Source of the DNA: a virus
Lineage: Duplodnaviria; Caudoviricetes
DNA: 36,762 nt
Virus record (IMG/VR): IMGVR_UViG_3300025325_000084
Span: 1-36,762 of that record
Reading direction: 5' to 3' (one strand)
In this document: piece after piece, positions 15,633 to 24,485 of the stretch
How positions within the stretch are numbered: the first letter of the stretch is position 1
How the letters are laid out: each line of letters begins with the position of its first letter
Notes under the pieces: generated by a model
Told to the model about the DNA's origin: nothing
The model's database searches: none
The model's input: the letters and a program-made list of their open reading frames with translations, nothing else
Made by a program: the position numbers and the translations under genes

Positions 15633-15739
15633 TTTTATAGTTTTTAAGTAAAGGATAAGAAGCTCAATCTAAGAAACCAGTTATTCAACTTCCAGCTATC
15701 AATAGATAGACAACATGTTAAACTTTTAGCTTCTATCCT

Positions 15740-15777
15740 TCATTATGAGTATAACAGAAAACTAGGAATTTAAGCAC
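15740..15777 (-). promoter_or_regulatory. Leftward promoter
   Basis: GTGCTT-N18-TATACT with extended TG; 17-mer TGTTATACTCATAATGA identical to the rightward promoter. Confidence 0.75.
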
Positions 15778-15791
15778 GATTTTGGAAACTC

Positions 15792-15830
15792 TAATCTTCC
15801 TTTAATGTTCTTCTAATGTTACCTTAATGT
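15792..15830. repeat. Four TAAT(G/C)T direct repeats at exact 11-bp period
   Basis: Hexamers start at 15792, 15803, 15814 and 15825. Confidence 0.7.
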
Positions 15831-15834
15831 ATTC

Positions 15835-15872
15835 TTGCTTAAAAATGGTAAGATATGTTATACTCATAATGA
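15835..15872 (+). promoter_or_regulatory. Rightward promoter
   Basis: TTGCTT-N18-TATACT with extended TG, then CATAATGA. Confidence 0.75.
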
Positions 15873-15905
15873 GAACTGTAGCATAGAAAGGAGGTACTGT
15901 CAAGA

Positions 15906-16130
15906 GTGAATATACCAACAGACTTACTGTATAAGACTTATTTTTGGTTAGGACTATCTGGAATAATTATGTTTTTCGCTATTCAAATTCTTCTTTGGAG
16001 GAAGAATTGGAGAAAAGCTTTCAATCAATCTTCTGTTTGGATTATAGCATATTTGACGATGTATGCTATACTAAAGCTCACAGAATACTATACTCACATG
16101 GAGAGGATACCTAGAATTGGAAATGCTTAA
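15906..16130 (+). CDS. Small two-TM membrane protein
   Basis: SD AAGGAGG, GTG start, hydrophobic segments. Confidence 0.65.
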   Translation: MNIPTDLLYKTYFWLGLSGIIMFFAIQILLWRKNWRKAFNQSSVWIIAYLTMYAILKLTEYYTHMERIPRIGNA

Positions 16131-16338
16131 ACAATTAATATATACTGTGCCTAAGGGATATGTCCGAGTTACTTTACACACATCTAATGATCATACATCT
16201 GAAATAAGTATGCAACTAGTAGATAAAGATGATGAAGTTTTATTTGAATCACAGCATATTATACTAAGGCCTGAAGATAGTGCTATACTTAGAGGAGCTA
16301 AACTGGAATTGGAGATCACCTTGCATAATGGCGCATAA
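16117..16338 (+). CDS. Hypothetical protein
   Basis: Overlapping, coupled ORF. Confidence 0.55.
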   Translation: MEMLKQLIYTVPKGYVRVTLHTSNDHTSEISMQLVDKDDEVLFESQHIILRPEDSAILRGAKLELEITLHNGA

Positions 16339-16558
16339 ATTATCAGACGGAAGATATAAGTGTAGTTGGTGTAATAAAGTTTATCCTGATCCTACTAAAG
16401 CAGATGTCTGTAGGGATTCACATAACTTAATTTTAGTACCCATGCTACAAGAAGATATTAACAGACTAATTCAATTTATAGCTACTAAGGATGATAAATT
16501 AATTACGGAGACACTATGGAAAAGTTTATCGAAATATCAGGGAAAGTTTATAAAATGA
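16328..16558 (+). CDS. Zn-finger hypothetical protein
   Basis: YKCSWC...C...H pattern; ATG 16328 preferred. Confidence 0.6.
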   Translation: MAHKLSDGRYKCSWCNKVYPDPTKADVCRDSHNLILVPMLQEDINRLIQFIATKDDKLITETLWKSLSKYQGKFIK

Positions 16559-16845
16559 TCGGCTGGTGTTGGCAACTGGATATGAAAACACTAGTCAATA
16601 GCTTTGAAGAAGGAAGAGGAGAGTACTTTAAAAAGTTTGGAAAGTATCCTAACCATGCATACATGCACAAAGATACTATCAAAACTCTACTAGAAAATTT
16701 TGTAGATACATCTCAATATAAAGTAATAGTAGAAGTAAAAATTGAACTTCCCTATAATATGTTTGGTGGTGTAATACTAAACCCAATAGAAAAATGGGTT
16801 CAACCTAATTTAGTTTACTTTAGTGCGGAGACAGAAAATGATTAA
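16555..16845 (+). CDS. Hypothetical protein
   Basis: ATGA coupling; YFKKFGKYPN motif. Confidence 0.55.
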   Translation: MIGWCWQLDMKTLVNSFEEGRGEYFKKFGKYPNHAYMHKDTIKTLLENFVDTSQYKVIVEVKIELPYNMFGGVILNPIEKWVQPNLVYFSAETEND

Positions 16846-17020
16846 TTATGCACCAGAAATAACAAAATATGATATACTCATAGTGAGAGAAGAAGATAAA
16901 ATACAAAAAAATAACAATGATGAAGTTAGAAACCCCTGTCCTATTTGTGGTGAAGAACTAATAATAGAGGGTAGATGTAATACTTGTTTGAATTGTTTTT
17001 GGAGTAAATGTGATATCTAA
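16838..17020 (+). CDS. Small Zn-ribbon protein resembling the class II RNR (NrdJ) C-terminal ribbon
   Basis: CPICGEELIIEGRCNTCLNCFWSKC. Confidence 0.55.
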   Translation: MINYAPEITKYDILIVREEDKIQKNNNDEVRNPCPICGEELIIEGRCNTCLNCFWSKCDI

Positions 17021-17195
17021 AGAAATAATATTTTACATATTTAAAAAGATATTGGGGGCTTTGATATTAATTGGAATTTTTGCAATCCCTCTTGGTATTA
17101 TAAGTGGATCAATGGTCGAAGCATTTGTAATTATTATTTCTTTATTTCTTTTTGGGGTGATAGCCACTTTTGGATTATGCTTAGTTTTACAATAG
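17010..17195 (+). CDS. Small two-TM membrane protein
   Basis: Hydrophobic ORF. Confidence 0.55.
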   Translation: MISKEIIFYIFKKILGALILIGIFAIPLGIISGSMVEAFVIIISLFLFGVIATFGLCLVLQ

Positions 17196-17204
17196 GAGAA
17201 TAGA

Positions 17205-17468
17205 ATGGCTAGGAAAAGAGTAATAGATTATTTAGATCAATTTATGGCAGCTCTGGCAGATCAGTTAGATGAAGATGAAAAACATTGGGGAGATGCATGG
17301 AGAAAACTTCCAATAGAAGAACTGGAAGAAAGAATTTTTGATAGATTTGATGAGTACTATTTTAATTATTACGAAGCGGAAGAACCTTATCCCTGGTTAA
17401 AAGTAGCTAGTCGTGCCGTGGTAGCTTGGATTAGAGAAAATTTTGAGGATTGGAGATTAGATGAATAA
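17205..17468 (+). CDS. Acidic helical hypothetical protein
   Basis: SD AGGAG. Confidence 0.65.
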   Translation: MARKRVIDYLDQFMAALADQLDEDEKHWGDAWRKLPIEELEERIFDRFDEYYFNYYEAEEPYPWLKVASRAVVAWIRENFEDWRLDE

Positions 17469-17682
17469 ATTTAAATTCCCCTGGCGTATTGAAATAAGGA
17501 ATGAACATTCTTGGGACAGGCGAGGACGTTACGTTTTAGTAAACTCAGCGGGAGATAGAGTCGCCATAATCTCTCTTAATGGAGCTCCGAAGGGAGATGA
17601 TACTCTAGCACAAGAAACAGCTGAATTAATTGTTGGTTTAATTAATATTCATTGTTCAGCATTAACAGAGGAAAGAAAATGA
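17461..17682 (+). CDS. Hypothetical phage protein
   Basis: PW...A.LI motif typical of small phage proteins. Confidence 0.6.
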   Translation: MNKFKFPWRIEIRNEHSWDRRGRYVLVNSAGDRVAIISLNGAPKGDDTLAQETAELIVGLINIHCSALTEERK

Positions 17683-18248
17683 TTATAGGTGTGGATGTAG
17701 ATTCAGTATTAGCTGATTTAGATCGTGTTTGGTTAGCTTGGTATAATAGAGATTATAACGATAACTTCACCAGAGAACAAATTAAAAGATGGGATTTTCA
17801 TTTGGATTTAAAACCTGAATGTGGTTTAAAGATGTATGACTATCTAAAAGATTATACACTTTATGATGAGGTTCCAGTAATTGAGGGAGCTCTGGATGGA
17901 GTACTAACACTAAGAAACTTGGGACATAGAGTTGTATTTATTACAACCACACCTATAGAATGTTCTGGTAGAAAGTATCTTTGGTTAAAAGAGCATGGAT
18001 TTTTTAATGGATCAACTTATAAGAATGGTGGAGATTTTATAGACTACATAGAAGCTTCTGATAAATCCTTAGTTAGAACTGATATGCTAATTGATGATAA
18101 TCTACATACAATTAAAGCTTATCCCTGGATGGGAGTCTTATTTGATCAACCTTGGAATCAAAATTGGGACTGGCCTTATAGAGTTTTTGGTTGGAAAGAC
18201 TTTCTAGAAAAATTTTCAATGTTGGAGATGTTTACAGATAATGCCTAG
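17679..18248 (+). CDS. 5'(3')-deoxyribonucleotidase (HAD, NT5C-like)
   Basis: GVDVDSVLAD, FITT, K..WL, LIDDN, LFDQPWN. Confidence 0.9.
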   Translation: MIIGVDVDSVLADLDRVWLAWYNRDYNDNFTREQIKRWDFHLDLKPECGLKMYDYLKDYTLYDEVPVIEGALDGVLTLRNLGHRVVFITTTPIECSGRKYLWLKEHGFFNGSTYKNGGDFIDYIEASDKSLVRTDMLIDDNLHTIKAYPWMGVLFDQPWNQNWDWPYRVFGWKDFLEKFSMLEMFTDNA

Positions 18249-18918
18249 ACAGAAAACTGGATACAATAAAACAAGTCTAAAAAATCTCCCACAGTATAAA
18301 GACTTGGATGATGAAGAATTAGACATAGTTATATCTGAGCATCTAGCAGAACTGGATGTAGAAACTTTTGAAAATTTAATTGCTAACAGAATTAAATCTT
18401 TTGAGAATGATTATGATCTATCTGATATGAAGATTAACGATCTATTCACTCTTAGAGCTTTAGCCCAGGCTGTAATTGCTTTAGACGAATTAGAACTTCT
18501 CATCTTTACAGAAAGAAAGAAAACTAGTTTAAATAATATCACTATCATAGAGAAGCTCGGTAGAGCAGCTTCAGATCTAAGATCGGATATTTCTAAATTA
18601 CAAAACGATTTAAACATTACTAGAAAGACAAGAAAAGGAGACAGAGAAGATTCTATCCAGGCTTACATAGAAAAACTAAAAGGACAGGCTAAAGAATTTT
18701 ACGAACAGAAAATGTCATATATATTTTGTGATAAATGTAATATGTTACTGGCTACAATTTGGTTTCTTTATCCAGAGGAAAACAATACAATAACTTTAAC
18801 TTGTCACAGAGAACTAGATAGTGGCGAGATTTGTAATAATATAACTAAAGTAACATCTAAAAGTTTAATAGAAGTTGGTACAAATAAAGCAGGGATTATG
18901 CCGGAGGCCATAAGATGA
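18241..18918 (+). CDS. Putative terminase small subunit
   Basis: N-terminal SLKNL, long helical region ending LNITRKTRK, C-terminal Cys cluster; nearest plausible TerS upstream of TerL (positional inference). Confidence 0.45.
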   Translation: MPRQKTGYNKTSLKNLPQYKDLDDEELDIVISEHLAELDVETFENLIANRIKSFENDYDLSDMKINDLFTLRALAQAVIALDELELLIFTERKKTSLNNITIIEKLGRAASDLRSDISKLQNDLNITRKTRKGDREDSIQAYIEKLKGQAKEFYEQKMSYIFCDKCNMLLATIWFLYPEENNTITLTCHRELDSGEICNNITKVTSKSLIEVGTNKAGIMPEAIR

Positions 18919-19103
18919 AAAAACTTACGGAAAGGTTTTATATGTGGTTAGCTTGGATATTGCCAGAAAGATTAGTACTCTGGTGTGCTGTAAGAGTACT
19001 TTCTTTTGCTACGTCCGGAGAATATTCTAATACTGTAGTTTCAGAATTAAAAGCTATGGATGCCTTAGACGTGTGGATAAAGGCTTTTGACAGTGAAGAA
19101 TAA
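18915..19103 (+). CDS. Hypothetical protein, paralog of the C-half of 12803-13198
   Basis: WLAWILPERLVLWCAVRV..ATSGEYSN vs WLAYRLPHDLVYYVVVRA..AIAGEWSN. Confidence 0.7.
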   Translation: MKKLTERFYMWLAWILPERLVLWCAVRVLSFATSGEYSNTVVSELKAMDALDVWIKAFDSEE

Positions 19104-19818
19104 ATATCTTTTAGGAACAGCAGCTTTTAGCAACTTCGATCTTCTACAAACTTGTGTCAATAGCTGGCCTACTTGGATAGATAGACTAGTTGTATTTGAC
19201 AGATTTAATAGAGTTAACGGTACTAATGTCCGAGAAGATGTTAATGTAATCTCCTATAGAGAGCACATAGGTTGTGCTACTGTTTGGAATAGAATAATCT
19301 TAAATTCTATGGCTAGTGGACATAATGCAGTAATCATAGTAGGATCAGACACAGAGTTCAAAGAAGATTTCTTAGAAGAATGGATTAGAGAATTTGAGGA
19401 CGGTAATTATATCTTTGCTACAACTAAAGATCAAGGATTCAATTGTTTTGGTTTAACTGTAGAGTGTGTTGAAAAAGTTGGAATGTTTGATGAAAATTTC
19501 TTTCCCGCTTATTTCGAGGATAACGATTATTGGATCAGAGCTAAAATGTCAGGAATTAATATAGGAGATATAGGAGATCAAACTAAACTTGAGCATTACG
19601 GTTCAGCTACAATTAGAAGAAATACTCTATGTAATCAAGCCAATGCCTTCAGCTTTGGTTTAAATCAAAGGTACTTTTGGTCTAAGTGGGGAGCTCATCA
19701 AGATTCAGCCATTAGTAAATTCTATACTACACCGTTCAATTCTGGCAATCCCCTCAGCTGGTGGGAGCTAGACGAGGAATTTATCAAAGTAAAAAGAGAG
19801 GCATGGGAAAAATGTTAA
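19087..19818 (+). CDS. Glycosyltransferase family 2
   Basis: G.A..WN, GSD (DxD-like), VGMFDENFFPAYFEDNDY..R, H.GS. Confidence 0.85.
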   Translation: MTVKNKYLLGTAAFSNFDLLQTCVNSWPTWIDRLVVFDRFNRVNGTNVREDVNVISYREHIGCATVWNRIILNSMASGHNAVIIVGSDTEFKEDFLEEWIREFEDGNYIFATTKDQGFNCFGLTVECVEKVGMFDENFFPAYFEDNDYWIRAKMSGINIGDIGDQTKLEHYGSATIRRNTLCNQANAFSFGLNQRYFWSKWGAHQDSAISKFYTTPFNSGNPLSWWELDEEFIKVKREAWEKC

Positions 19819-20552
19819 CCTTTTTAGATTTAGGTAAATACGGAAGATTGGGAAATCAAATGTTCCAGATAGCTAGTACTATCGGACTAGGAGTTGAAAA
19901 TGGGCATAGTATTTGCTTCCCTGTTTGGCCTTATAGTGATTTCTTTAAGAATCCTGTGTCACAAGATGAAAATTTATCCCAAAAATATTTCTTCATCCCA
20001 ATCATAGAAAAAGGTACTAGATATAGAGAGTATATCATATCATCCATAGGTGATTATAATCTATCTGGTTACTTCCAAAGCTGGAAGTATTTTGATCAGC
20101 ATAGAGATTTAATTAAATTCTTCTTTGAACCTAAAGTAGAAATAGTTCCGGCTAATCATAATAAAGTAGCTGTGCATATCCGCAGGGGAGACTATATAGA
20201 TTTACAGCATGTTCATGTTAATCTGTGGGAAGATGGATATTATCACAAAGCTTTTGAATTTTTTGGAGATAAAACTTTTAATATTTTTTCAGATGACATT
20301 AGTTGGTGTATAGATACTCTACCAGATGAATTTCCAGATTTAGATTTTCACTTTATAGATCCGTATCGTGATATCAATGATTTATTTTATTTATCTTCTT
20401 TTAAGAATATGATTATATCTAACAGCTCCTTTAGCTGGTGGGCAGCTTATCTAAATAAGTGGGATGATCCAAATATAGTAGCACCAGATGTTTGGGTTAC
20501 TATTGAAGATACAGTAGAAGATAGAATTTTACCAGAGTGGACAATTTTATGA
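19812..20552 (+). CDS. GT11 alpha-1,2-fucosyltransferase-like
   Basis: GRLGNQMFQ, GYFQS.KYF, VHIRRGDY, FSDD, SNSSFSWWAAYL. Confidence 0.93.
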   Translation: MLTFLDLGKYGRLGNQMFQIASTIGLGVENGHSICFPVWPYSDFFKNPVSQDENLSQKYFFIPIIEKGTRYREYIISSIGDYNLSGYFQSWKYFDQHRDLIKFFFEPKVEIVPANHNKVAVHIRRGDYIDLQHVHVNLWEDGYYHKAFEFFGDKTFNIFSDDISWCIDTLPDEFPDLDFHFIDPYRDINDLFYLSSFKNMIISNSSFSWWAAYLNKWDDPNIVAPDVWVTIEDTVEDRILPEWTIL

Positions 20553-20740
20553 ATCTGTTTGAATACCTATTCAAAGATAAATTAGAATTTATAAAATGGT
20601 TATTTCCTATTAGATATAGGTATTATGAAAAGAAATGTAAAGAATATGGAATCATCCCTATATCTTACTGGAAATGGGAAGATCATATGAGAAAGTGTAA
20701 ATATACTACATTCAAATTAATAACTTTTTATAAGATATAG
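20549..20740 (+). CDS. Hypothetical protein
   Basis: ATGA coupling. Confidence 0.5.
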   Translation: MNLFEYLFKDKLEFIKWLFPIRYRYYEKKCKEYGIIPISYWKWEDHMRKCKYTTFKLITFYKI

Positions 20741-20752
20741 AAAGGAGATAAT

Positions 20753-20962
20753 ATGTTAACCAATTCTGGAGGAGGGTATACTTGTCCACAGTGTAATCAA
20801 TTTGTTCCTTTTGGAATTTATCATTCATGCGTAAAGATCCAAGGAGCTGAATTTGTTGAGGATTCTAAAACATTAGCAATATTAAAAGAAATAAAAGATT
20901 TACTTTTAAAAATTAATTCCGATCTGTCCGAAATAAAAATGAGGGGTAATCGGGGATGGTAG
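20753..20962 (+). CDS. Small Zn-ribbon/coiled-coil protein
   Basis: SD AAGGAG; CPQC...HSC. Confidence 0.6.
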   Translation: MLTNSGGGYTCPQCNQFVPFGIYHSCVKIQGAEFVEDSKTLAILKEIKDLLLKINSDLSEIKMRGNRGW

Positions 20963-21010
20963 AAATTAGTAACACAGAATATTGGATCGGAGAAGGTTGG
21001 ATAAAATTTA

Positions 21011-21370
21011 ATGGAGAGTAATGTGTCAGAAAATATGTATGCACATGAATTTAATAACGAGATTTATGTAGAATTTGTTAAAGATGGTAGAAGTTCTAAC
21101 TTACATATGACTAGAGAATTTGCTGAAAAGTTAATGAAATCACTGGAAAAAATATTAAAAGTAGGTCAAAATAGTGACAGAGATTGGATAAAGTTCGATG
21201 AAATAACTCCACCAAAGTCAGATGATCCTACTAATCCTGGAGGTGTATATTATGAAGTTATGTTGAATAGTGGAGAGATATCTAGATTGTGTTGGTGGCT
21301 TAATCATTGGTACTGTTCATTAGATAATGGTAATGTACTATATTGGAGGCCTCTTGAAAATAAATCCTAG
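21011..21370 (+). CDS. Hypothetical protein (C-terminal DUF551-like WI...P...W...V.YWRPL)
   Basis: Motif pattern by eye. Confidence 0.55.
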   Translation: MESNVSENMYAHEFNNEIYVEFVKDGRSSNLHMTREFAEKLMKSLEKILKVGQNSDRDWIKFDEITPPKSDDPTNPGGVYYEVMLNSGEISRLCWWLNHWYCSLDNGNVLYWRPLENKS

Positions 21371-22043
21371 GGGTTTTTGGGAGAACGATACAGAAGAAGG
21401 TCATGGGATTGATCCTAATCTAGCTCAAGGTTTGATAGAATTTTTTACAAGAGAATACTTTAATTTTATCCTGGATTATAATGATTCTAGTGTATATATA
21501 GCAGATGTTGGTTGTGGTACTGGATACTATACTAAAAAATTAACCAATAGAAGTGAATTATTTTGTAAGGGGTATGATGGAAATCCAAATACTCCACAAA
21601 TAGCCGGAGATAATTTTAAAGTTTTTGACTTTACTCAAGACGCTAAGTCTTTGGGAATCTATGATTGGGTATTGTGTTTAGAAGTTGGAGAGCATATACC
21701 AGAAGAATATGAGCAAATCTTTCTAGATAATCTGGCCTATTTAGCTGATTACGGAATAGTTTTAAGTTGGTCTATTCCTGGATTTGGTGGAGATGGGCAT
21801 GTAAATCCAAAGTCGAATCAGTATATAATCCATGAAATGAAAGAAAGAGGATTCAAATACAGCAAAAAAGATACAAAGGAACTTAGAAACTCAGCCTCCG
21901 AATACCCTAGTATTGGGTGGTGGTTTCGTGAAACCTTAATGTGTTTTCGTAGAGAAAAAGATTATAGAGGAACTTCAATATTTGAACCGACAGCGGATGA
22001 AATTATGGAAGGACTTCAGAAGGATTGGGAGGAATCACATTGA
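21354..22043 (+). CDS. Class I SAM-dependent methyltransferase
   Basis: DVGCGTG, GYDGN, DWVLCLEVGEHI, GHVN; TTG start after GGAGG. Confidence 0.88.
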   Translation: MKINPRGFWENDTEEGHGIDPNLAQGLIEFFTREYFNFILDYNDSSVYIADVGCGTGYYTKKLTNRSELFCKGYDGNPNTPQIAGDNFKVFDFTQDAKSLGIYDWVLCLEVGEHIPEEYEQIFLDNLAYLADYGIVLSWSIPGFGGDGHVNPKSNQYIIHEMKERGFKYSKKDTKELRNSASEYPSIGWWFRETLMCFRREKDYRGTSIFEPTADEIMEGLQKDWEESH

Positions 22044-22465
22044 TAATTTATACAGGTGCAACTTTCGATATTTTACATGCAGGTCATATTAACTTTTTGC
22101 GACAATGCAAGGAATACTTTCCAGACAGTTATTTAATAGTCTCTCTAAATACAGATGAATTTATTGAACAATTTAAAGGAAAGATGCCGGTATTTAATTT
22201 TGATGAAAGAAAAAAACTTTTAGAAACTGTGGAATATGTAGATGAGGTTATCCGTAATATTGGAGGAGAAGATTCCAAACCAGCTATATTAACTGTTGAA
22301 CCTGATGTGATAATTATAGGAAGTGATTGGTTAAATAAAGATTATCTAAAGCAAATGAGTCTCACAGAAGAGTGGCTAAGAAAAAACCATATAGCTTTAA
22401 TATATATTCCTTACACAGAAATAATTAGCACCACAGAAATAAAGAAAAGACTGTCCAATGCTTAA
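22040..22465 (+). CDS. Glycerol-3-phosphate cytidylyltransferase-like (TagD/HIGH family)
   Basis: GATFDILHAGH, LNTDEF, K..P, ER, GSDW, ISTT. Confidence 0.9.
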   Translation: MIIYTGATFDILHAGHINFLRQCKEYFPDSYLIVSLNTDEFIEQFKGKMPVFNFDERKKLLETVEYVDEVIRNIGGEDSKPAILTVEPDVIIIGSDWLNKDYLKQMSLTEEWLRKNHIALIYIPYTEIISTTEIKKRLSNA

Positions 22466-23186
22466 AGATACCATAGTAGTTACATTTTCTGGAACTCCAA
22501 TTCACAAAGAATATCAAGAAGAATTTGATTCCTTGTATGGAAATAAGTTTCACAAACATATTAAATGGACTTCCAGTTATCTAGAACAAACTCTATACTA
22601 CCACGCTCATCAGGATATTTTCAAGTATAAAAAATACTTCGGATATTTTCTATGGAAACCATTTATAATATTAGATGCAAGATTTCGTTATCCAAATAGA
22701 GTTATACTATATTGTGATAGTAATATAAGATTTAAAGATATATATGGATTTGCAGAAAAGTTTGATTATTGGATAAATAAAGAGCACTTGTTCTTAGTTA
22801 AACATGATCATTACTTTAACGATGAATGGACTAAAAGAGATACTTTTGTAAACATGGATGCAGACTCAAGTTTATATTGGTCAGGTAAACAAAGATGGTC
22901 TGTACTATTTGGCATTAGACCGTCTGAGTTTGGTGGAAAATTCTTGAGAGAGTATCAGCAATACTGTGAAAACCCATCTAATATTACTGAAGAATCTAAT
23001 ATCTGCGGGTTAGATAATTTACCTCTCTTTAGAGGACATAGATGGGAACAGAGCATTTTGTCTATACTGGCAGAAAGATATGGAATAGACGGGCCTACAG
23101 ATATTGAAATGCTCGAATACTATGATAAAGTTTATAGCTCAGAATTAATAAAATATAAGGAAGAAATAAATGCAAATATCTCCTAG
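22458..23186 (+). CDS. Putative GT-A-fold nucleotide-sugar transferase
   Basis: GYFLWKPFII, LYCDS, WTKRD, HRWEQSILS. Confidence 0.65.
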   Translation: MLKDTIVVTFSGTPIHKEYQEEFDSLYGNKFHKHIKWTSSYLEQTLYYHAHQDIFKYKKYFGYFLWKPFIILDARFRYPNRVILYCDSNIRFKDIYGFAEKFDYWINKEHLFLVKHDHYFNDEWTKRDTFVNMDADSSLYWSGKQRWSVLFGIRPSEFGGKFLREYQQYCENPSNITEESNICGLDNLPLFRGHRWEQSILSILAERYGIDGPTDIEMLEYYDKVYSSELIKYKEEINANIS

Positions 23187-23835
23187 TTGTCAGATACCAG
23201 AATTACTTGGAATTTATAACAGAGTTTTTGAAAATAGAAAATGTTTTTTTATAGATATTGGAGCTTTTGATGGATATGTTTTTAGTAACTGTTGGGGATT
23301 AGCAGAAGATGGATGGAGAGGAATCTTTATAGAACCTAATCCAGATTTGTTTGACCTGTGTAATCAAAGATATAAAAATAATCCAAAAGTAACTACAATT
23401 AAATATGCTATTGGAGATGAGAATAAAGAAAATGTTACTCTATATACGGGCGGTACTCTTACCACGACAAGTCTAGAAAGTCTAGAACTATATAATCAAA
23501 TAGAGTGGAGTCATGGATTACTGAATAAAGATAGATTTATTAAATCTTCTATGAGAACATTAAATTCTATTATAGGTGAATTTGGTGAAGGATACATGCC
23601 AGACGTTATATCTATAGATACAGAAGGAAATGAGTTGGATGTACTTAAAGGATTTAATATTAGATTTTATCTTCCCAAAATAGTCATAGTAGAGACTCAT
23701 GAACTTAGCAAGGATACAAGACTGAGCAGAAATTTTCCAGCAATTGATCAATATTTTAATGATACAGAGATATATACTAAAGCTTTTAGTGACGAGATAA
23801 ATACCATCTATGAAAGGATTCAACTTTTTCGATAA
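23170..23835 (+). CDS. FkbM-family methyltransferase
   Basis: FIDIGAFDG..SN, GW.G..IEPN, SIDTEGNE..VL.G, VE. Confidence 0.9.
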   Translation: MQISPSCQIPELLGIYNRVFENRKCFFIDIGAFDGYVFSNCWGLAEDGWRGIFIEPNPDLFDLCNQRYKNNPKVTTIKYAIGDENKENVTLYTGGTLTTTSLESLELYNQIEWSHGLLNKDRFIKSSMRTLNSIIGEFGEGYMPDVISIDTEGNELDVLKGFNIRFYLPKIVIVETHELSKDTRLSRNFPAIDQYFNDTEIYTKAFSDEINTIYERIQLFR

Positions 23836-24451
23836 AATATTTTATATCAATTTAGACAAAAGAATAGACAGATTAGAAGCTTGTAAGGGGGAATTAAACA
23901 AAGTGGGAGTTATAGCAGAAAGACAACCAGGAATAATCTACGATGGATTTGAAGATAAGCATAGAAATGCTTGTATAGGAAATCATTTAGCTCACGCTCA
24001 ATGTCTGATTAAGTCTAGGGGTTTTAATAATGTATTAATCTTTGAGGATGATATTGAATGGCTATTAAATCCCCAAGAAGTATTAGAAAATTTAAATCAA
24101 TTCCTAATCGAACTCCCTGAAGATTGGGATATATTCTATCTTGGAATTAATATGGATATGTACGAAGCCTACAGAGTTTCAGATCATGTAGCTAAAATTA
24201 ATGGAGGGTTTTCCACCCATGCTTATTGTGTGAGATCTAATTTATTCGATCTACTTATTGATATTAATTCTGACAAAACTATCACACATAATGATGTTAC
24301 TTATACTAACGATGTAATTCCAAATTATAATGTTTATATTCCGATTCCACTGCTAGCTGGACAAAGAAAAGACTTCAGTGATATCCAGGGGGTTATAATG
24401 GATTCAAATCCAATGTTTATTCAAAGATTTAAAGATAGGATGATAAAATGA
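23810..24451 (+). CDS. Glycosyltransferase family 25
   Basis: YINLDKRIDR, G...AH, LIFEDD, WDIFYLG, STHAY. Confidence 0.88.
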   Translation: MKGFNFFDKIFYINLDKRIDRLEACKGELNKVGVIAERQPGIIYDGFEDKHRNACIGNHLAHAQCLIKSRGFNNVLIFEDDIEWLLNPQEVLENLNQFLIELPEDWDIFYLGINMDMYEAYRVSDHVAKINGGFSTHAYCVRSNLFDLLIDINSDKTITHNDVTYTNDVIPNYNVYIPIPLLAGQRKDFSDIQGVIMDSNPMFIQRFKDRMIK

Positions 24452-24485
24452 AACTCACTACTATATTTATTTTAGTTAATTGTAC

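Noticed and set aside
20956-21021. 21-aa ORF just before 21011-21370, possible frameshifted N-terminus
   Set aside because: No clear slippery site; cannot distinguish from a chance ORF without homologues
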